DNA of 61,109 nucleotides from Vicinamibacterales bacterium (lineage in GTDB: Bacteria; Acidobacteriota; Vicinamibacteria; Vicinamibacterales; 2-12-FULL-66-21), in the NCBI GenBank assembly GCA_035537955.1, contig DATLLF010000178.1:1-61109 (forward strand), written 5' to 3'. Shown here in pieces: positions 27,391-36,024 of this stretch (its first letter is position 1; the number at the start of each line of letters is the position of its first letter). Position numbers and translations under genes: made by a program. The notes under the pieces were generated by a model. It saw only the letters and a program-made list of their open reading frames with translations, was not told the DNA's origin and made no database searches.

Positions 27391-28131
27391 TCAGCTCTTT
27401 CGAGCCTCTTCTCTCTCGCGGCGGGCATCAGCCGCATACACCGACTGCGGGAACTCGTCGACGATCCGCGAGAACGCACGCGCCGCTTCCTCGTGGCGGC
27501 CCGCGCGCACGTACGTCCTGCCAAGCGCCATCAGCACGCCATCGACGGGGATCTGGCTGTTCGTATCGGTGCTCAGCTCACGATAGATCGTGATAGCGCT
27601 GTCGTACTTGGCTTGAGCGGCCTGCACGTCGGCGAGCCCGAGCCGCGCGGTACGGCCGTAGATCCGGTTGCCAGCTTTGTCGACGACTTCCTTGTAGCGC
27701 TGCTCCGCCTCGGCGAAGCGTCCGAGCGAGGCCAATGCGGATGCCGCATAGTAGCGAGCGGCGATTCCGGAATCCGTGCTCGGATACTTGTCGGCCGCCT
27801 CCATCAGCTTTGGTAGTGCGGCGTCGTACTTTGCCTGCTCCGTCGGAAAGGTTCCCGGCTGTTGGACCGGCAGAGGGCTTCCGGGAGCTGGGGCGGCGAT
27901 CGGCATCACCGGCGCCTCGAACAACGCGAGCCCGCTCGCGAGCGCGGCCTGCGCCTTCGTGTTTCGTGATTGCCGCCACATCGTGTATCCCCCGATGATG
28001 ACGACAACGACCAGCGCCGCGATCGCGAGGCGGGTGATGTCGCTGCCACGCGTGCTCAACACGTCACGGGCCGCCGCAACCGATCGCGCGAGCTCGTTTT
28101 CCTTCAGCTTGTGCCGCTCTGTGCTCTTCAT
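27391..28131 (-). CDS. Membrane-anchored tetratricopeptide-repeat protein (YfgM/YbgF-like)
   Basis: N-terminus HKLKENELA, a TM helix LAIAALVVVVIIGGY, then TPR-like repeats (AARYYAASALASLGRFAEAEQRYKEVV and others). Confidence 0.7.
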   Translation of the reverse strand: MKSTERHKLKENELARSVAAARDVLSTRGSDITRLAIAALVVVVIIGGYTMWRQSRNTKAQAALASGLALFEAPVMPIAAPAPGSPLPVQQPGTFPTEQAKYDAALPKLMEAADKYPSTDSGIAARYYAASALASLGRFAEAEQRYKEVVDKAGNRIYGRTARLGLADVQAAQAKYDSAITIYRELSTDTNSQIPVDGVLMALGRTYVRAGRHEEAARAFSRIVDEFPQSVYAADARREREEARKS

Positions 28132-28195
28132 CCTTGAACCCTTAGTTCTGCCTCGAACCCTATTTCAGCCTTCAACAGCCGTCAGCATTTCTTGT

Positions 28196-28272
28196 TGGCG
28201 CGCCCGGCAGGTCTCGAACCTGCGACCCCCGGTTTAGGAAACCGATGCTCTATCCTGCTGAGCTACGGGCGC
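28196..28272 (-). tRNA. tRNA-Arg (anticodon CCT)
   Basis: The reverse complement folds as a 77-nt cloverleaf: GCGCCCG-TA-GCTC..GAGC-A-TCGGT-TTCCTAA-ACCGG-GGGTC-GCAGG-TTCGAGA-CCTGC-CGGGCGC-G-CCA. The CCA end is encoded. Confidence 0.93.
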
Positions 28273-28681
28273 GAGCAATGTTCATGCGGTCTTTCTCCCC
28301 TTCGGCCTGGTACTGCCAGCCATTTCGGAGCCTTGACCGATCGATTGAAGGCACCGGCCGCCAGCCGCAACCGCGACTCCACACCCGCAATCGTGTGGCG
28401 GTCCATGATCCTGCTTGACACGCGTGCATCAGCATCTCACGCTGCGGTAAACCTGCGGCCACGCACGCCCGGTGGAAGCTCTTAATCATACTGGAACTGA
28501 AGATCGGCCCCCAGCACTCGAGTTCCGCGAAGTGCTGAAGCGCGGCGAGTCCTGCGTCGGTCAGCTTCAGCGTGCGCGATTTAGCACCCATGCTGTCGAC
28601 TTTGTGCGCGAACTCTCTCCAGGGGCTCGCCTCGATGGCATCGGGCCGCGAACGCGGCGGTCCCCTAGGCGGCCCGTTTGT
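28273..28681 (-). pseudogene. Decayed tyrosine-recombinase (phage integrase) fragment next to tRNA-Arg
   Basis: The minus frame reads ...SPWREFAHKVDSMGAKSRTLKLTDAGLAALQHFAELECWGPIFSSSMIKSFHRACVAAGLPQ. This resembles the integrase core pattern (W.d.d...GK.R.vpLt..a..aL.......F......s..raf.ra...aGl). A shifted frame then gives RIMDRHTIAG (compare R.HDLRHT.A). There is no intact N-terminal domain or catalytic tail, and the track ORF runs into the tRNA. Confidence 0.45.
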
Positions 28682-28719
28682 TCACCAGGACCAAGTCTGC
28701 ATCCTCTGGAAGAATTAGT

Positions 28720-29091
28720 TCAGACCCTGCTCTTCTCTTCGCGGAGAGCCTGCCGCAGTGAGTCCAGGGAGCCGCGCAGGTCTCGGAGGATCGAGCGCTG
28801 TTCGGCGATGGACGCCTGGAGCTCACGTACGTACTGCGTGAAGGAGCCGAGCTGCGCGGCGTACTGCAGGTGCGTGATGACCCGCTCGTCGATCGCCGCC
28901 GCCTCGACGCGCATCCGGTCGGCACAGCGAGCGCCGGCCTCGATCTCCGCCTGAAGGTCGTTGACCTGCGTGCGCGCCGTCACGAACGATGCGCTCACCG
29001 CGAGGCTTTTCTTGCTCGCTCTTTCAAACGTCATCAATCGATCCCGTGCACGCGGCGCGGTGGCGGATTTCATTGTACGACTGGCCTGCAC
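28720..29091 (-). CDS. Hypothetical coiled-coil protein
   Basis: High-GC3 ORF with heptad-like sequence (NDLQAEIEAGARCADRMRVEAAAIDERV...ELQASIAEQRSILRDLRGSLDSLRQALREEK). The start is uncertain (29091, 29070 or 29031). No family was recognised. Confidence 0.45.
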   Translation of the reverse strand: MQASRTMKSATAPRARDRLMTFERASKKSLAVSASFVTARTQVNDLQAEIEAGARCADRMRVEAAAIDERVITHLQYAAQLGSFTQYVRELQASIAEQRSILRDLRGSLDSLRQALREEKSRV

Positions 29092-29127
29092 GCCGCTGTG
29101 AGGAAAACTGACGTGTGACCGCGCGAC

Positions 29128-29643
29128 TTAATACTTGAGCACCGAATGGATCTGCTGCCCCTGAAGCTTGTTTCGGCCGTTCAGCGCGATGAGCTCGATG
29201 AGAAACGCAACCCCGCGGATGCCTCCACCCAGCGACTCGACGAGCGATACCGCTGCTGACGCGGTACCGCCCGTGGCGAGGAGATCGTCAACGATGAGTA
29301 CCTGCTGGCCTGGCTCAACGGCATCGCGATGCATTTCCAGGCAGTCGGTGCCGTATTCGAGAGCATAGGTCGCCTTGACCGTTTCAGCCGGCAACTTCCC
29401 GAGTTTGCGGACGGGCACGAACCCGGCGCCGATACGGTCCGCGAGCGCCGCGCCGAGAATGAAGCCGCGGCTTTCGATACCGACGACGAGATCGATGCCC
29501 TGCCCCGCGAACGGCTGCGCCAGCGCGTCCAGCGAAAGATGCAGCCCTTGCGGATCACGAAGCAGCGTCGTGACGTCGTAGAAAAGAATCCCTGCCTTCG
29601 GAAAATCGGCGACGTGGCGGATCTTCGACTTCAGCGCGTCCAT
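29128..29643 (-). CDS. apt: Adenine phosphoribosyltransferase
   Basis: DFPKAGILFYDVTTLL, GIESRGFILG, and the PRPP loop VLIVDDLLATGGTA. Confidence 0.95.
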   Translation of the reverse strand: MDALKSKIRHVADFPKAGILFYDVTTLLRDPQGLHLSLDALAQPFAGQGIDLVVGIESRGFILGAALADRIGAGFVPVRKLGKLPAETVKATYALEYGTDCLEMHRDAVEPGQQVLIVDDLLATGGTASAAVSLVESLGGGIRGVAFLIELIALNGRNKLQGQQIHSVLKY

Positions 29644-29651
29644 GCAGTTCC

Positions 29652-29924
29652 TCAGCGAATGTGAAAACCGGTTGCGCGGTGGGCAGGCGACGCCGGCTCG
29701 ACCTCGAATTCGTCGACGCGCGCGCCGCGTGGTCCGCGCCGCAGCTTCAGCTCGACGCGATCCACAGCTTCCTGGTCTCCTTCGACGACGGCTTCCACTC
29801 GACCGTCGGGCAGGTTGCGCACGAACCCGTGCACGCCTTCGATCATGGCGCTCTCCTGCGCGAACATGCGGAAGCCGATTCCCTGGACGCGTCCACCGAT
29901 CAGAAACCTGCGCGCGACCACCAT
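29652..29924 (-). CDS. acyP: Acylphosphatase
   Basis: 90 aa with signature GRVQGIGFRMF and GFVRNLPDGRVEAVVEG. Confidence 0.9.
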   Translation of the reverse strand: MVVARRFLIGGRVQGIGFRMFAQESAMIEGVHGFVRNLPDGRVEAVVEGDQEAVDRVELKLRRGPRGARVDEFEVEPASPAHRATGFHIR

Positions 29925-29953
29925 AGAGACCGACGATTATAAGCGCCGCGCGA

Positions 29954-30808
29954 TCAGGCGTTGCGCTCGACGGTCACCTGCACCGTGGCGATCGGTTCGT
30001 CCGCGATGAGGAACAGTTCGTCCGGATTCTCCGTTCCGACGGAAAACAGATCGGCCGGCCGATACGGCCGCTCGTGGAACGTCAGCGTCACGTCTGCGAT
30101 CTCTTCGCAGGTGGCCAACACGACGTCGGCGATCGCGTAGAGCAGGCGCTGCACCGACTGGCTGCGGTGCCACGCGAACGACTCGAGGATGGCGTTGCGG
30201 ATGGCGCGCCGGTAGACGTCGAAGGTGACGTCACCGCTGGTGTAGGTCCATCGCGCCGACAGCGCGCCGACGAGCAACGGCTGCAGATGATCCGAGGCGC
30301 CGCTGTCATCGGGAATATCGGTTGGACTTCGCCTGACCGGCGCGAACCCGGCGCTCCCCATCAACATCAGCCCTTCGACACCTGCAACGACTGATGTTTG
30401 CGTGCCGTTCGTCGTGACGAAGGCGACTCGCTGTTCCGAGGATCCGGAAAGGAAGGCCTGCGCCTGTGCCTTGCCCGCCGCTTCGAGCCGGAGCCATGGC
30501 TGTTCTGCCAGCTCCACCCGCACTCTGGTCAGGCTTCGCTGCCGTTCGAGTACCTCGTTGGCGAGCGCGAGCCCGAGTGCCTCGAGCTCGCGCGTTCCCT
30601 GCTCGCGGGTTATTCGATAGACGAGATTCTTCAACGCCTCGCCCGGCAGGAGTGCATCAGAGCGCCCCTCGATGAACGCCGGCTCGAAATCTCCTTCGAG
30701 CCTGAACGAGATCGTCAGCTCTCGCGGATCGTGTCGATCACCTCGCCGAACGAGACGCAGCAGTCGAAGCCGCGCTTCTCCCCGGCTGCTGGCGGCGATT
30801 CGCGTCAT
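29954..30808 (-). CDS. Urate oxidase (uricase)-like tandem T-fold protein
   Basis: The 284-aa two-domain layout and the N-terminal pattern GEARLRLLRLVRRGDRHDPRELTISFRLEGDFEPAFIEGRSDALLPGEALKNLVY parallel uricase (YGK..VR..RV.....h.v.E..v...L.GdF...y..gDN...vATDs.KN.vY). The conserved ATDS segment is replaced by LPGEA. Confidence 0.5.
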   Translation of the reverse strand: MTRIAASSRGEARLRLLRLVRRGDRHDPRELTISFRLEGDFEPAFIEGRSDALLPGEALKNLVYRITREQGTRELEALGLALANEVLERQRSLTRVRVELAEQPWLRLEAAGKAQAQAFLSGSSEQRVAFVTTNGTQTSVVAGVEGLMLMGSAGFAPVRRSPTDIPDDSGASDHLQPLLVGALSARWTYTSGDVTFDVYRRAIRNAILESFAWHRSQSVQRLLYAIADVVLATCEEIADVTLTFHERPYRPADLFSVGTENPDELFLIADEPIATVQVTVERNA

Positions 30809-30825
30809 GCGCGTGTCGGCATGCG

Positions 30826-33800
30826 TCAGCCGCCGATTTTCACCGGCGGTTGCCCCGCACCTTCGAGGGATTTGTTGAGGGCGGCGACGTCGCTCGTGAT
30901 GAGCGCATCCAGCCGCGCCAGTTGTTTGTCCAGCCGGCCTGACAGCTCCTTGAAGACGGCGTACGACTGATCGGTCGGACGGTAATCCCCGCTCTCCACG
31001 GTGCCCTGCAGCGCCGCCAGTTTGTTGTTCAAGCGAATTGGATAGTTGAGGGGGTCCTGGTTGCTGCGAAGGCGGTGCTGATAGATCTCACCCTCGACAT
31101 CGGTGAACTTGTCTATGAGCGCCTTCCCCGCCGCCTTGATCGACGCCTCGCTCACTTTGTCGATCCGATCGCTGATCTGCTGTTTCAGCTCGCGGATCCG
31201 GATCACGGCGCGGTTGGCGTCCGAAACGCGATCGCTGATCTGGCGGGCAAGAGTGAACTGCGCCTGCAGATCGGCGTCGGTGATGCCAGGGACGGCGGCA
31301 TTGCGCCGGATGTCGAAGTCCTCCGTCTTCGTGATGCCGCCCGCCGTCACCCGCACTTGATACCGCCCCGGCGACGCCATGGGACCTCGCGTGCTCGCGG
31401 CCCACATGATGAGTCCTGGGAATTCAACAGCGTTGGGATACCGCATGTCCCATGTGAACCTGTTCATCCCCCTGGTCGCCGTAACCCGCGCCGGGGCGCC
31501 CTGGCGGGAGCCCTCATCTCCTTCTTCCGTCTCGGCGGGTCGACCGCCGCCGCCTTGCGGTTGCGGAGCCGGTCCCGAATAGGTGCGAATCGCCTTCCCG
31601 TCGGCGTCGAGTAAGTCGATACTGACCTTATCGGCGGCGTCCTTCAGGTAATAGTCGATGAATACACCGCGAGACACCGATCTGATCGCATCCGCAGGAT
31701 CGAAGAGGACGAGCGGCTCGGTGCTCATGGATCCATCGACCTGCCGCAGGACAGAGATGTTGTCGAGGATATAAAACGACCGACCGTGGGTGCCGATGAC
31801 GAGGTCGTTGTCCTTGACCTCGATCCCGTGCACGGGGGTGACCGGCAGTTCCAGTCGCAAGGACTGCCAATGCGATCCGTCGTCGAACGACAGGTAGATG
31901 CCGCTCTCAGTACCAAGAAACAGCAGCCCCTTGCGCTTCTTGTCTTCGCGGATCGCGCGCGCGAAATCGTCGGCGGGGAGGCCGGTGACGATCTTCGTCC
32001 ATGTTTTGCCGAAGTCGCTGGTCCTATATACGTAGGGTGCCCGGTCCGCTTGCTGATAACGGTTCCCCGCGACGTACGCGGTGCCGACCGCGTGCGGCGA
32101 TGCCTCGATGAGGCTGATGCGCGTGAATTCCGGAAGGTCGGCGGGCGTCACCTTCTGCCAGTTCTTGCCGGCGTCGCGCGTGACGCTCACCACGCCGTCG
32201 TCGGATCCCGCCCAGATCACGTTGGCGTCCATCGCGCTCGGCGCGAGCGTGAACACGGTGGCGTACGTCTCTACGCCGGTCTGGTCGAGCGTGATTGGAC
32301 CTCCGGACGGCCCCATCGTCGAGGGGTCGTGCCGTGTGAGATCGGGGCTGATCCGCTGCCAGCTCTGACCTTCGTTCGTCGAGCGCCACACGTGCTGCGA
32401 CGTCGCGTAGAGCACTCTCGGATTCGTCGGAGCGATGACGATCGGGAACGTCCACTGAAAGCGTTCCGTCATGTCGCTCGACGAGTGGCCCATCGGGTTG
32501 TCGGGCCAGATGTTGACATTGCGTCGCTCGCCGGTGCGGCGATTGATCCGTGTCAGCAGTCCCCCGTAGCTTCCGGCATAGAACACGTCGGCATTGGCGG
32601 GGTCGGGAGCGATGTACCCACTCTCGCCGCCGCCGACGTCATAGAGCTCGCCTCCCCCGGTGCTCGGCACACATGCCGTGCTGTTGTCCTGTTGCGCGCC
32701 GCACACGTGATACGGCACGTGAGACGTCGTGATCACGTTGTAGAACTGCGCGGTGGGGAAATCCTGATCCGTCCAGCTCTCGCCGGCATTGAACGAGACG
32801 TTAGCTCCCCCATCGTTGGACTGGATCATGCGCTGCGGATCGTTCGGCGCGATCCACAGATCGTGGTTGTCGCCATGGGGGACCCGGATGTTGCGCAGCG
32901 TCTTGCCTGCATCCGTCGATCGATAGAAGGAGACGTTCAGGATGTAAACGGTGTCTTTTGCCTGGGGATCGGCGTAAATGCGCGTGTAATAGAACGCGCG
33001 CTGCCGGATGTTTCTGCTGTCATTGGCCAGTTTCCAGGTGGCACCCGCGTCATCTGAGAGGAAGAGTCCGCCCTCCTGCGCTTCGATGAGTGCGTACAGT
33101 CGATTCGAATCCGCGCCCGACACGCTGATTGCGAGCTTCCCCCAGAGCGTTTTGGGGAGCCCGGTGTTTTTTGTCAATTCCATCCAGGTTTTGCCGCCGT
33201 CGAGCGATTTGAACAACCCGCTGCCCGGCCCCCCGCTGGACAGAGAATGCGGCGTTCGGAATACTTCCCAGAAGCCTGCATAGAGGACGTCCGGTGTTTT
33301 GGGATCCATAGCGAGATCCACGGCTCCGGTCTTGTCGTCGCGAAAAAGCACGCGATCCCAGGTCTTCCCACCGCTCGTCGACTTGAACACACCACGATCC
33401 GGTGTCGCCGAATAGGGATCCCCAAGCGCAGCGACATAGACGATGTCCGGGTTTTCAGGATGAACGCGGATCCGGCCAATCGCCATGGTCTTTTCGAGAC
33501 CTATATGGGTCCACGTCTTGCCGCCATCCGTAGTCTTGTAAACACCATCGCCCTGAATGATGTTGCCGCGAAGCTCGGTTTCTCCCATGCCGACGTACAC
33601 CACGTCTGGATTCGATTCGGCGACGGCGACAGCGCCGACTGAAGACGACGTAAAGGCACGGTCCGACACGGCCCGCCAGTTGATGCCGCCGTCGGTCGTC
33701 TTCCAGACTCCACCGCCGGTGGCGCCGAAGTAGTACTCCAGCGGCCGCTTCGTGCTGCCTGCGACCGCCTGCGATCGGCCTCCGCGTGCGGGACCAATCG

Positions 33801-33945
33801 AGCGCCATCGCAGTCCGGAAAAAAACGATTCGTCGACCTTGCCGGCCGGAGTCTGTGTGGACACATCCGACTGGGCGCCGCCATCCGCGGTCGCCAGCAG
33901 CGTCGTGATCGAGATGGCAAGTAAGGCTCTCGTGTAGGGTTTCAT
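30826..33945 (-). CDS. Secreted BNR/Asp-box repeat protein (sortilin/VPS10- or GH74-like double propeller)
   Basis: Signal peptide plus at least 10 Asp-box motifs S/T-x-D-x-G-x-T/S-W (TTDGGINW, TTDGGKTW, STSGGKTW, SLDGGKTW, SDDAGATW, STNEGQSW, TRDAGKNW, TSDFGKTW, SFDDGSHW and others). Confidence 0.85.
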   Translation of the reverse strand: MKPYTRALLAISITTLLATADGGAQSDVSTQTPAGKVDESFFSGLRWRSIGPARGGRSQAVAGSTKRPLEYYFGATGGGVWKTTDGGINWRAVSDRAFTSSSVGAVAVAESNPDVVYVGMGETELRGNIIQGDGVYKTTDGGKTWTHIGLEKTMAIGRIRVHPENPDIVYVAALGDPYSATPDRGVFKSTSGGKTWDRVLFRDDKTGAVDLAMDPKTPDVLYAGFWEVFRTPHSLSSGGPGSGLFKSLDGGKTWMELTKNTGLPKTLWGKLAISVSGADSNRLYALIEAQEGGLFLSDDAGATWKLANDSRNIRQRAFYYTRIYADPQAKDTVYILNVSFYRSTDAGKTLRNIRVPHGDNHDLWIAPNDPQRMIQSNDGGANVSFNAGESWTDQDFPTAQFYNVITTSHVPYHVCGAQQDNSTACVPSTGGGELYDVGGGESGYIAPDPANADVFYAGSYGGLLTRINRRTGERRNVNIWPDNPMGHSSSDMTERFQWTFPIVIAPTNPRVLYATSQHVWRSTNEGQSWQRISPDLTRHDPSTMGPSGGPITLDQTGVETYATVFTLAPSAMDANVIWAGSDDGVVSVTRDAGKNWQKVTPADLPEFTRISLIEASPHAVGTAYVAGNRYQQADRAPYVYRTSDFGKTWTKIVTGLPADDFARAIREDKKRKGLLFLGTESGIYLSFDDGSHWQSLRLELPVTPVHGIEVKDNDLVIGTHGRSFYILDNISVLRQVDGSMSTEPLVLFDPADAIRSVSRGVFIDYYLKDAADKVSIDLLDADGKAIRTYSGPAPQPQGGGGRPAETEEGDEGSRQGAPARVTATRGMNRFTWDMRYPNAVEFPGLIMWAASTRGPMASPGRYQVRVTAGGITKTEDFDIRRNAAVPGITDADLQAQFTLARQISDRVSDANRAVIRIRELKQQISDRIDKVSEASIKAAGKALIDKFTDVEGEIYQHRLRSNQDPLNYPIRLNNKLAALQGTVESGDYRPTDQSYAVFKELSGRLDKQLARLDALITSDVAALNKSLEGAGQPPVKIGG

Positions 33946-34084
33946 CGCGGCAGAATGCTAATCCAATGCATCAGTCAGTGGAAGTCCACGACACACCTCG
34001 CCGGAAAGCCCAACGGTATCTTAGTAAAATCAACGAATTACGACCCGGCATGCCTTGTGCTCAAAGTGGAAACAGGAGGCAACG

Positions 34085-34234
34085 ATGCTTTTTACGATTG
34101 CGGTGATCCTGCTGGTACTTTGGCTTCTCGGCATTGTCAGCGGGTACACCTTGGGCAACTTCATCTACGTGCTGCTCGTCATCGCGCTGGTGTTGTTTGT
34201 CGTCGGTCTCGTGAGCGGACGACGAACCGTCTGA
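34085..34234 (+). CDS. lmo0937-family small membrane protein (49 aa); absent from the ORF track
   Basis: MLFTIAVILLVLWLLGIVSGYTLGNFIYVLLVIALVLFVVGLVSGRRTV. GGAGG lies 6 nt upstream of the ATG. The two-TM pattern with the ...GYTLG... turn and the C-terminal GRR matches that family. Confidence 0.75.
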   Translation: MLFTIAVILLVLWLLGIVSGYTLGNFIYVLLVIALVLFVVGLVSGRRTV

Positions 34235-34380
34235 CGCAACCCCTCAGGAGGGCACACCCGTGTGTCGGCCAGGCGCTTGGCGGTTTACGCCATCGCCTGG
34301 CTGACTCGTCGTACGAGCGGCCGGCGGCCGGGTTAAGGCATTGGCCGCGCGGCCAACCGCTTGCCTGGGTATCTGTCGTG

Positions 34381-34594
34381 AAAAGCGACGCGTCGCTCGA
34401 ATTTTCACGAAAAACAACCCAACCGCGGCGCGGTACAGCGGTTGCTCGACCATTGAGCAGCCTCGCGATCGAGGTGACGGGCCGTAAGCAGCAGGCGGCA
34501 GTTTTGGTGCCGGGTCTCCTCCGGTCCCGACATCTTGCCGGCTTGCAGCGCCGGCGCTGACGATCCTCCATCGCTGCTTACGCCCGTTTCTGTC
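34381..34594 (-). ncRNA. Candidate structured small RNA: 107-nt three-way junction plus tandem intrinsic terminators. The 5' end is uncertain.
   Basis: P1 pairs 34479-92 with 34573-85 (13 bp, 1 bulge). It encloses hairpins 34506-28 and 34537-55, each with a 7-nt loop. Further on the minus strand there are small hairpins, then stem 34420-26/34438-44 followed by GGUUGUUUUU, then GCGACGCGTCGC followed by UUUU. No credible ORF is present. Confidence 0.35.
34410..34444 (-). terminator. Rho-independent terminator candidate, minus strand only
   Basis: 7-bp stem CAACCGC/GCGGTTG with an 11-nt loop. On the minus strand it is followed immediately by GGTTGTTTTT. The plus-strand reading has no T-tract. 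Confidence 0.5.
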
Positions 34595-34760
34595 TTCCGC
34601 AATCTAGACCATCACCCGCTCGGTGCGCGATCGTGCTTACGATGGCGACATAAATCTGGATCAAGCGATCCGACGTGGGCCGATGGAGTCCCTGCCGTCC
34701 TCCACTTCATTCTGAACGGCGCTATATTCGCGTTAGCGGTACACCATCGCAGGAGGCCAG

Positions 34761-35246
34761 GTGACGCGAGGGACGACGGAGTTGAGGGTTGGAGATCAAG
34801 CGCCGGACTTCGCGCTGCGGGGCACAGACGGACAGACGCACAGACTGTCGGACTATTGCGGCAAGCAGCCCGTCGTGCTCGCGTGGTTTCCGCGGGCGTT
34901 CACGCAGGGATGCACGATCGAATGCAAATCGCTGGCGCAGAACGGCGGGAACATTCGTCAGTTCGATGTGGCGTACTTCATGGCGAGCGTCGATCCGCTC
35001 GAAGGGGATCAGGGCAATCAGGCATTCGCAACGGAGCACGACGCCGACTTTCCTCTCTTGAGTGATCCCGACAAGCGGACCGCGGCGGCATACGGCGTCC
35101 TCAATGACCGGGGCGTCACGAATCGCTGGACGTTCTACATCGACCGCGACGGCCGGATCGTCGATATCGACAAGTCGGTGAAGCCGGCGACGTCAGCCGA
35201 GGACATGCTCGCGAAACTCTCAGCACTCCACGTCGCGCGGCGATAA
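34761..35246 (+). CDS. Peroxiredoxin (AhpC/TSA-Bcp-like)
   Basis: GDQAPDFAL...[27 protein letters not shown] start preceded by AGGAGG. Confidence 0.85.
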   Translation: MTRGTTELRVGDQAPDFALRGTDGQTHRLSDYCGKQPVVLAWFPRAFTQGCTIECKSLAQNGGNIRQFDVAYFMASVDPLEGDQGNQAFATEHDADFPLLSDPDKRTAAAYGVLNDRGVTNRWTFYIDRDGRIVDIDKSVKPATSAEDMLAKLSALHVARR

Positions 35247-35326
35247 AGCCATCTCGGCCGCATCGCTCGGGCGCGAATGCTGCAACGTCCTCGATGGCGA
35301 AGAGCCTCACACACAAGGAGTACCTC

Positions 35327-35905
35327 ATGAATACCGGAAGTCTGCTGACCGGCGTCGGTCTCGGCGCGGCGCTCGCGCTTGCGCTCGATCCGAATACCGG
35401 TCCCCGTCGCCGCGCCCTCGTGCGCGATCAGCTCGTGCGGGCCTCGAGAAAAACCCGCGCCGGTCTCGATGCAACCGCGCGGGACCTGGCCAATCGCACC
35501 CGCGGCCTCGCCGCCACGACACGCGCGCGGTTCTCCGGCGAGGAGGTCGACGACGTTCGACTGCTCGAGCGCGTGCGCGCGCACCTGGGGCGTGCCTGCT
35601 CGCGTCCGCGCGACATTGACGTACACGTCATCGATGGAAATATAACCCTGCGCGGTCCCGTCCTCAGCCATGAGTTGACGAGCCTGCTGACCACGGTGTC
35701 TAGCGTCCGGGGCGTGCGTTCAGTGCTGAATGAGCTGGAGGCGCACGACTCCAGCGCGGGTGTTCCCGCCCTTCAGGGACGCGGCCGCATGAGGGCGCCC
35801 CGCGTGGAGATGCTTCACCGTCGCTGGGCCGGGCCCACCGGCGCGGTCGTCGCGGCTGCGGGGCTCGCGGCAACAGGCATGTGGCTGGCGCACGCCCGGC
35901 GGTAG
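35327..35905 (+). CDS. BON domain protein with an N-terminal YtxH-like helix
   Basis: BON core VRLLERVRAHLGR...IDVHVIDGNITLRGPVLSHELTSLLTTVSSVRGVRSVLNELE. The start is set at MNTGSLL, which has AAGGAG upstream. Confidence 0.75.
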   Translation: MNTGSLLTGVGLGAALALALDPNTGPRRRALVRDQLVRASRKTRAGLDATARDLANRTRGLAATTRARFSGEEVDDVRLLERVRAHLGRACSRPRDIDVHVIDGNITLRGPVLSHELTSLLTTVSSVRGVRSVLNELEAHDSSAGVPALQGRGRMRAPRVEMLHRRWAGPTGAVVAAAGLAATGMWLAHARR

Positions 35906-36003
35906 CGGCCACCGAAGGATCCCCGGCGCGAGTCAGTTCGCACGCGGCCGACGTTGGGCTTCGCCCTCGCGGACTTGACGTCCGCGACATACATGGATAA
36001 GGT

Positions 36004-36024
36004 AGGCATACCATATCTATGCCT
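36004..36024. promoter_or_regulatory. Perfect palindrome AGGCATA-N7-TATGCCT overlapping the PadR-1 start codon (operator candidate)
   Basis: Read directly at 36004-10 and 36018-24. The ATG (36019) lies inside the right arm. TTGACG is at 35975-80. Confidence 0.5.

Noticed and set aside
28250-28591. 113-aa ORF treated as an intact CDS
   Set aside because: It overlaps tRNA-Arg by 23 nt and loses integrase-like similarity halfway through. I reinterpreted it as a recombinase pseudogene fragment.
34486-34514. Resemblance to SRP (4.5S) RNA domain IV: AAGCAGC..GGCAG..GUGCCGGG
   Set aside because: The motif sits at the base rather than the apex of the fold. The putative GUAA loop has no closing pairs. 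The region folds as a three-way junction rather than a rod.
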